From an uncultured Acidobacteriota bacterium (GTDB lineage Bacteria; Acidobacteriota; Thermoanaerobaculia; Gp7-AA8), in contig CAWGHO010000002.1 of the NCBI GenBank assembly GCA_963822445.1, forward strand, positions 1,696,001-1,760,000: DNA of 64,000 bases. Reading direction: 5' to 3'. Shown here in pieces: positions 59,301 to 64,000 of the stretch. Numbering within the stretch: the stretch's first letter is position 1; the number at the start of each line of letters is the position of its first letter. The position numbers and the translations under genes were made by a program. A model generated the notes under the pieces. The model did not search any database. It was not told the DNA's origin and was given only the letters and a program-made list of their open reading frames with translations.

Positions 59301-60295
59301 ATGCCGCGAACTCGCCCGGCTTCGGGCAGATCATCGGTGGAGTCCTGCCGTCGACCGGCAATCCTCCGGGCTCGCCGAGCGTCGCGCGTACGCTCATCGA
59401 CGGCTTCGTGAGTGCGGCGGGCAACGTCGCCTCCGCATGGGCCGCGCTTTATGCACCGCCCGCCTTCCTCGCGGAGTTCGCCGAGGAACAGCCGATCGTC
59501 GACAGCTTCTACCTCACCACCGGCGGCACGACGACGATGCAGCTCTTCGGACAAACGTCGTCGCAGGCGAATCCGCAGTACTGGCCGTCGCTGACGTTCG
59601 CGGACGGCACCACCTGGACGCCCGATGGCGCGGATGCCGTTCCGACGGGCTCGGGCGAAGTCTGGTGGGTGGTCTCGAAGACATTCGCGAGCGTTCCCGA
59701 TCTCTCCACGCTCACGATCGAAATGGGACCGCTGAACATGCTCGATCGGCAGACAGCGATCCTCTCGTCGTACGTGGTGCGCAATGCGACCCTCGCCGGA
59801 CAAGGCGCGAGTCCCGTCTTCGTCTACACGACGCAGGAAGTCACATTTCCGTCCGCGCTGGTCCCGCTGATCAGCCGTGCTTCGATGCCGGTGCTGGAGC
59901 CGGCGGCGACGCTCGCCGACACGCTGACCGACGTTCTCGCTCCGATTGCCGCGCCGGGCGCGCTCCTTGGTACGTACGCGCGGATCGCCGTGAGCTACGC
60001 ATACGCGATCGCCGAGCAGCCGAGCGGTACGCCGCTCATGGTCACGACGGCGGTGCTGCTCGTCGACGACGTCGACCTTGCGGCCAGTCCCGGCGCTCCC
60101 GCGACCATCGCCGCATCGATGGCCGGCCTGATCGAGTCGTGGCACCAGACCTTCGCACCGCCTTCGACCGGCGCGCTGCTGACGCTCGCGCTGACCCTCT
60201 TCGCCAGTGCGCAGCAGTACCCGATCATCGAGATCGATCAGATCCCCATCGACGTGAGCGCCGTGGATCACGCCTGGTGGCAGGGAGGAACATGA
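53366..60295 (+). CDS. Giant hypothetical protein (2309 aa) with a DUF6603-like N-terminal beta region
   Basis: YLGLGQR, FNDPVLYGL, FEILYQK, IWVYTNGDFRVNVGWP, GGFYFAKLS, GTVDFAIIKASV pattern recalled from DUF6603-type proteins (not searched). Confidence 0.88.
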   Translation: MSTDVILQLSGTLFGVDLDAEVVVAGGPLSFRLAPAQPIPFEEIWNAIDTELQNIAGFSLPDIAGGPWGGLFGAGGTVMPTLWIAPSGPGPAAGTYLQLDFSEPIQIGGTFSTPIGTITIEPNFQVWSLYFGYDQATGPGLAIRAKISTSSAGSAATSDKAQIVSYPFPVPVQPSSNGFQVNYLGLGQRIGPTVNVTGDDPLAAIFQQLETELVGTDPRTILTTLANDFYQPDRDWFIAADISLRGFRVRILFNDPVLYGLEITVSSSPPTFFSGLLFEILYQKLGPNLGVYYGALTLPMAMRRIVLDGVILILPGFSIWVYTNGDFRVNVGWPVGTSSIGVQVGPLIGWGGFYFAKLSSGDNPGAQPSVDYNPILAFGLGVTLSLNESFNASIFSATISVSLSATFQGLLAWEAGNSISGPPDHYWFAGTAGLSVLIQGTVDFAIIKASVTISFTANLGVAFETGYQTLVAVSASVSVSVSIHVIFFTIHLSFSTTVSTQWVIGSGTGIASVNGPQAPGLAITGGFGAPDPVHVEALRSARLLMDRMAATPRRAASPTDPVTRLDEASRIAAVSPISIPVQFVLQPTVVYDSPPSFNVIASLLLESPGPGSSPPASPAMGTPFERLIVAMVDWLLAMFPTGTLSERFAQVVSALGSGNEAPFDGDWTAFQSSLQTFLQSALTFDVTAAGSDSPSGGIDSVAVFPMLYGLQLAYVDENGDPQTIDFDTFNPTPADYPTAVSLYFADSQWSGSPAGNGGFTSPSLSMATFTLADYFLMQARNAANALYTAATAYEQNATNVFLAQVDALRAGGGSQWDLVDATTEHAADLVGGNELETLLQQFDYASAAGMGSRFLLNGLQLPVPADVPPDPTFENMKSVPTAGLYILTGQQYAIAQGATTATGTLSLDPSAPSGWITFDGGSTGAVSTIELPSSIPPSPLPQWQTGTQSPSAGTAVFNALPAVTSHPLYVSLKNQIAWDASGMAQTILALPAQVKQLLAGGVQLQITADPPASTSSGSPVAAPPLIAATPALLIRITLTQVPSNSTNSVAPGSPTGSSPQAEPQQYLPNIYQVTGADEETRDRIFAALQSGLSGASISLLYPTSGNSPGPSGLVSEGLGIDVMLVKTNLSTLNQVGDVVMAFRKSAATMNDDASSATVTEVVGFLELLWQVSVVNAPGFFLFYENDQGQDLPSSLFSSAGTQGGGTAQFDVLVQFAAVPAETVSVPQYASCIFIEAQSGSDPLYAGVLDADGAPLPQWFPTMPPGNVGFTVEWEPPVTSPNDLVPVGELYHLLQYQVQGSGGYMESVWSLPVGPMQNNGVFASASSPELWQYLTNVPVYLAYGTSPAEAPSPYAIVGTTVGVDLRIADVYGDVLPSTYDATFAPLYQDALISIAQWPGLYVQYRFVASSGNGQAVLEITATFDPDSVVPPAASPASPQGSFNVQQQWQTALSRYDLILYQLADPNVTVSVATSVAGGPVGDPTAIASSLYEFAVAIEEEIAVAMSSPDAASQVTRVISIDVPFAAVVAQTVDIFQVGVTMTFARHAALVDPIAAANLPGAVSVAYDVPADLTGDAASPNVTLFAQDFEAAFAGFDGASGELKLAQRSGVSTGSSAPVSESLWAVRFSATDGIALSMQPGLAYFALQPLSTEPLSGVAAGQTWSNVDIDAWAQQFLAAYDAFLSPQMAVAIAVLDAQDETSAYESLTTTKQQLANTVPLGLTQILAAQAGLGDLTAAQTRLTNAMLTQLGSAFSVSTIVQVPATVSVAAMAESPDQTSQPPQVYGALVPVTAANSSTASTYSFSPGEVVLAPGSQWMTSLLTVAQPGEQSSLSIGLAYQISYLQHDFLGNEAELGYTPSSWLKFVVPAVPLLQLPITAAADIPIPLIFEPSAPSLVVQSATEAPPGSPVSPNDIQGEIGQMLQWNYAVDMALALEAQDELHFDVTYNVPAAPSVLTAMTATSTAPLAGLFNALAEFRQWYAANSPGFGQIIGGVLPSTGNPPGSPSVARTLIDGFVSAAGNVASAWAALYAPPAFLAEFAEEQPIVDSFYLTTGGTTTMQLFGQTSSQANPQYWPSLTFADGTTWTPDGADAVPTGSGEVWWVVSKTFASVPDLSTLTIEMGPLNMLDRQTAILSSYVVRNATLAGQGASPVFVYTTQEVTFPSALVPLISRASMPVLEPAATLADTLTDVLAPIAAPGALLGTYARIAVSYAYAIAEQPSGTPLMVTTAVLLVDDVDLAASPGAPATIAASMAGLIESWHQTFAPPSTGALLTLALTLFASAQQYPIIEIDQIPIDVSAVDHAWWQGGT

Positions 60296-63252
60296 GCGAG
60301 GGCGGCCTTCCCGTCACACTGGCCGGCTTCCGCAATTTCCACGAGGGGAAGTCGATCGTCGTGTGCGGGTGCGGGTCATCGCTGTCGGCATTCACGCGGC
60401 CCGAGCGCTTCGTCACGATCGGCGTGAACGACGTCGGCCGTCTCTTTCAGCCCGATTACCTGGTCGTGCTCAATCCGCGGCAGCAGTTCACCGGCGATCG
60501 CTTCCGCCACGTCGAGGAAAGCCGGGCCAAAGCGATCTTCACGCAGCTCGATCTCCGGCTCCGTCACCCGCACGTCGTCCGCTTTCGCCTCGGAAAGCGC
60601 GGAGGCACGGAGCCCGTCGATCCCAACGTGCTGCACTACACGCGCAACTCGCCGTACGTCGCGCTTTGCCTGGCGATGCACATGGGAGCGAAGCGGATCG
60701 GTCTGATCGGCGTCGATTTCACCGACCATCACTTTTTCGGGCGGACCGGACGTCATTCACTGGCGCGCGAGCTGCCGCAGATCGACTCCGAATACCGGCG
60801 CCTCGGCGAGGTCGCCAGGCGGCTCGGCATCGAGGTCTTCAACCTCAGCGAATCGAGCCGGATCACGGCCTTTCCGAAGATCTCCGCCGATGCCTTCGCG
60901 CGACTCGACGCGCCGCCGTTGCGCATCGTCTCTTACGCAACGACACCCGTCGCCGGCGTTCCGCCCGTGCTCGCGAGGTGCATCGCCGAGCGGACGCCGC
61001 ATGAGGGCCGTGCCGTATGGGCCCGCGCGGGCTACGGCAACGGCGTCGTGTTCGACGGCGACGTCGAGTACACCCGCTCCTCGCGCCAGGCGAACGCGCT
61101 GCTCGACGCCGCGGACGTCGTGATCGTGCACAACGGCAAGGTCGATGCGCGTCACGTCGCGCTGATCGACAGCAAGCCGGTCGTCACGCTCGCGCACAAC
61201 TACAAGTGGAACGTGGACGAGACGTTCGTCCAGCGCGGAATGCCCGGGCTGGTCGTCGCGCAGTACCAGGCGACGCTCCCGGAGTTCGCATTGTGGACGC
61301 CGGTGCCGAATCCGATTCCGTTCTGGGAACCGGCCTACGCGGCGGGCGAGAAGGGTCCGCGGATCACCATCGCCTTCACGCCGTCCGGAAAACACGAGCG
61401 CTATCCGGAAGACCATCACCTGTACTGGCACGCGAAGGGATATCGCTCGACGATGGCCGTTCTCGAGCGGCTCGCCGCGCGGCGCGGCATCGCCCTCGAG
61501 GTCATTCGAAACGCGCAGATCTCGCACGCGCGCTCGATGGAGATGAAGCGCCGCGCGCACATCGTGATCGACGAGTGCGTGACCGGCAGCTATCACCGCA
61601 ACAGTCTCGAGGGACTGGCCGCCGGCGCCGTCGTCGTGAACGGCGTGGGACGCCTGGCCGGCGTGGCCGAATTGCTCCGTGACGTGAGCGGATCCGAAGA
61701 AGTGCCGTTCGTCGCCGCGGGTCTCGACGACCTGGAGGCTGTTCTCGAGAAGCTGATAGCGCGCGGCGCCGCCGCGCTTGCCGAGGAAGGTGCTCGCGGC
61801 CGGCGATGGCTCGAAGCGCATTGGGATTTCGGGCGGCAGTGGAGCCGCTTCTGGCAGCCCGCGATCGAGACTGCGCTGCAGCAGCGCGGTGTGGTGCAGG
61901 CCTCCGGCCTGCCTTCCGGCGGTGAGAAAGAGGCAGGCTGGAAGCCCGCACCACACGGACACGGGATCGTCATTCCATTCGGCGGGCGCGACCGGCTGCC
62001 GCTGCTCGAGCGCACGCTCCTCGCGGTCGCCGCGAGCGGCGCCAGCGAAGTGATCGTCGTCGAAATGGCGGAAGACGAGCCCTGCGCGCGCGACGCGGTC
62101 GCCGCCGCCGGTTTCCAGCACGTCTTCATCCGCGACGTCTTTCATAAGACGCGTGCCATGAACGCCGGCGCGGCGCGCATCACCAGCGAACGTTTCTTCT
62201 GGCTCGACGCCGACATCGTCGCGACTCCGCCGTTCTTCGCGAATGCCGTCGCCGAAATGGACGAGCGGAAACTCGATTGCCTCGTGCCCTGGACCACGGT
62301 CGGTTACCTGACCGGCGAGGACACGGCAGCCGTTCTGGCCGAATCGAAGTCCGTCGACGAATGCAAACCGCAGACGACGTACCGCTCTCCGCGCGCGAGC
62401 CGCGGCGGCGTCGTCCTGGTGCGCACGTCGTTCGTGCGCGAGTACGGCGGGATGTGCGAAGAGTTCCGGGGATGGGGAGCGGAAGACGATGCGTGGTTTG
62501 CGAAAGCGAGATGCCTCGGCACCGCCGACGTCACCCGCCGCCGCGACCAGCACGTGTACCACCTTCATCACGAGAACAGCGGCGGCGCCCGTCCCGGCGC
62601 GGCGCTCGCTCTGAATCCGCATTACCGGCGCAACGTCGCGTTGTTTCGTGAGGTGCGATCGCTTCGCACGCGCGAGCGTTTCCTGCAACGGTTTCCCGCC
62701 GTGCCCCTTCGCGCCGAGGGAGATCCGCCCTGGGGCGGCGAGGCGGCTCGGCCCGCGGAACCTCGCGCGACGGCCGTGCTTCCGGCCGGCCGCCAGGGGC
62801 CGCGGCTGAACCTTGGCTGTTGCGACGATGTGCGCCGTGGGTTCGTGAACGTCGACCGCGTCGCCGGCAGGGGAGTCGATGCCGTCGTCGACCTCGCGGA
62901 ACCGTGGCCCTGGAACAGCGATTCGGTCGACGAGATCCGCGCCTGGGACATCATCGAGCACCTCCCCGACAAGGTGCGCACCATGAACGAAATGTGGCGC
63001 GTGCTACGGCCCGGCGCGACGGCCGAGATCGCCGTCCCCACCACCGACGGCCCGGGCGCGTTTCAGGATCCGACGCACGTCTCGTTCTGGAACCGGCGCA
63101 GCTTTCTCTACTACGAGCACGGCAATCCGTATCGCGAGCGGTTCGCGCGCAGCTACGGCATCGAGGCGCGGTTTCGCGTGCGCTCCGAGCGGACCGAGAG
63201 CTCTGTCGATGGCCCGCGGCTGCACATCGTGCTGGAGGCGGTGAAGCCATGA
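60292..63252 (+). CDS. Multidomain enzyme: Maf/DUF115-like + GT4-like + GT2/GT7-like + class I SAM methyltransferase
   Basis: GGAGG RBS and ATGA overlap. Motifs: VCGCGSSL/IGVND/MGAKRIGLIGVDF; IVIDE..SLEGLAAG; WLDAD/FRGWGAEDD; LNLGC/WDIIEHL. Confidence 0.88.
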   Translation: MSEGGLPVTLAGFRNFHEGKSIVVCGCGSSLSAFTRPERFVTIGVNDVGRLFQPDYLVVLNPRQQFTGDRFRHVEESRAKAIFTQLDLRLRHPHVVRFRLGKRGGTEPVDPNVLHYTRNSPYVALCLAMHMGAKRIGLIGVDFTDHHFFGRTGRHSLARELPQIDSEYRRLGEVARRLGIEVFNLSESSRITAFPKISADAFARLDAPPLRIVSYATTPVAGVPPVLARCIAERTPHEGRAVWARAGYGNGVVFDGDVEYTRSSRQANALLDAADVVIVHNGKVDARHVALIDSKPVVTLAHNYKWNVDETFVQRGMPGLVVAQYQATLPEFALWTPVPNPIPFWEPAYAAGEKGPRITIAFTPSGKHERYPEDHHLYWHAKGYRSTMAVLERLAARRGIALEVIRNAQISHARSMEMKRRAHIVIDECVTGSYHRNSLEGLAAGAVVVNGVGRLAGVAELLRDVSGSEEVPFVAAGLDDLEAVLEKLIARGAAALAEEGARGRRWLEAHWDFGRQWSRFWQPAIETALQQRGVVQASGLPSGGEKEAGWKPAPHGHGIVIPFGGRDRLPLLERTLLAVAASGASEVIVVEMAEDEPCARDAVAAAGFQHVFIRDVFHKTRAMNAGAARITSERFFWLDADIVATPPFFANAVAEMDERKLDCLVPWTTVGYLTGEDTAAVLAESKSVDECKPQTTYRSPRASRGGVVLVRTSFVREYGGMCEEFRGWGAEDDAWFAKARCLGTADVTRRRDQHVYHLHHENSGGARPGAALALNPHYRRNVALFREVRSLRTRERFLQRFPAVPLRAEGDPPWGGEAARPAEPRATAVLPAGRQGPRLNLGCCDDVRRGFVNVDRVAGRGVDAVVDLAEPWPWNSDSVDEIRAWDIIEHLPDKVRTMNEMWRVLRPGATAEIAVPTTDGPGAFQDPTHVSFWNRRSFLYYEHGNPYRERFARSYGIEARFRVRSERTESSVDGPRLHIVLEAVKP
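61889..61956. repeat. 26-bp imperfect inverted repeat inside the coding sequence (same family as 21567-21631)
   Basis: GTGTGGTGCAGGCCTCCGGCCTGCCT ... AGGCAGGCTGGAAGCCCGCACCACAC, 23/26 complementary. Confidence 0.82.
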
Positions 63253-64000
63253 CCGTGCGCTCCTTCGCCGTCGTGATTCCTTCGGCGAACGCCGCAAAGC
63301 TGATCGAGTGCGTGCGGGCGATCCGGCGGCACGAGCCGTCCCTCGATCCGTCCCGCATCATCGTCGTCGACGACGGCGCGCGGGCAGGCGCCGGGTCCGA
63401 GCTGCCGGATGTACGCTGGGTCGAAGGGGTGCGGCCGTTCGTCTTCGCGACCAACGCCAACCTCGGAATCGCAGCCGCGGGCGGTGACGATGTCGTTCTG
63501 CTCAACGACGACGCGCGTCTGGTCACGTCCGGAGGGTTTACCGCCCTCGCCGCGCATGTCGATCGCCAGCCGTCCCTCGGCCTCGTGGCCGCCGCCGTCC
63601 GCGGTGCGGTGGGCAATCGCGCGCAGCGGCCGCGCGCCTCCGGCGGACTGAGAGCCGAGCGCTCGAAACTCTGCTTCGTTTGCGTGTACATCCCGCGCTC
63701 CGTGTACGGCGCCGTCGGCCCGCTCGACGAGCGCTTCGTCGGCTACGGCTACGAGGACGACGACTATTCGCTCCGCGTAAGAGAGCGCGGCTTCGAGCTC
63801 GGCATCGCCGATGACTGCGTCGTCGAACATGATGGAGGCGCCACCTTCCGCACGTGCCTCGATTACGTCGAGCTCGAGCAGCTCAATCGCCGGCTGTATC
63901 TCGAGAAACAGGATCGTCTTCGCGGAGCCGAACGCTTCGTCCTGGCCATGCGCGTGAAGAACGGCGTGCCCTTTGTCGGCGAGGCCATCGAGCGGGCGAT
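63249..64000 (+). CDS. Glycosyltransferase family 2, probably multidomain (runs off window; absent from ORF track)
   Basis: ATGA overlap; MTVRSFAVVIPSAN, IVVDDG, LLNDD, LDERFVGYGYEDDDY, then LAMRVKNG starting another GT2-like domain. Confidence 0.88.
   Translation, partial: MTVRSFAVVIPSANAAKLIECVRAIRRHEPSLDPSRIIVVDDGARAGAGSELPDVRWVEGVRPFVFATNANLGIAAAGGDDVVLLNDDARLVTSGGFTALAAHVDRQPSLGLVAAAVRGAVGNRAQRPRASGGLRAERSKLCFVCVYIPRSVYGAVGPLDERFVGYGYEDDDYSLRVRERGFELGIADDCVVEHDGGATFRTCLDYVELEQLNRRLYLEKQDRLRGAERFVLAMRVKNGVPFVGEAIERA

Noticed and set aside
58807-60291. N-terminal ~495 aa of the 1481-aa ORF
   Set aside because: Arg-rich off-frame shadow of the 2309-aa gene; the real start is 60292 (GGAGG RBS, ATGA overlap).
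48478-60295. Contractile injection system, prophage tail or RTX/autotransporter adhesin
   Set aside because: No sheath, tube, baseplate, VgrG, GGXGXD repeats, signal peptide or barrel signature is recognisable in the window.

Overview
High-GC bacterial window. The gene content (Oar-like TonB receptor, VWA-related and GWxTD proteins, DUF507) suggests Acidobacteriota, possibly Thermoanaerobaculia (inference). Positions 1-47 kb are mostly core or lineage-typical genes: a long GreA-domain protein, a LytS/LytTR pair, lepA, an RsbV/W-like pair, a selenocysteine-containing selD missed by the ORF track, an EF-G paralog, a Ser/Thr kinase, a miniature TldD/PmbA-like pair, a carboxyltransferase, a four-copy VWA-related array with a collapsed fifth copy, rplU-rpmA-obgE-nadD-rsfS-(bEBP)-rlmH-dksA, and tRNA-Asn. 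Several REP-like palindrome families are scattered through the window, two copies inserted in frame in genes. The best candidate for an undescribed system is the compact operon at 48.5-64 kb. It encodes five signal-peptide-less proteins (140, 1192, 112, 152 and 2309 aa); the large ones are Lys-poor and studded with Ser-Pro motifs. The last is translationally coupled to a four-domain Maf/DUF115-like + GT4 + GT2 + methyltransferase enzyme and a further GT2. This suggests a dedicated protein-glycosylation system acting on a giant structural assembly. Family assignments come from motifs recognised by eye; no database searches were run.
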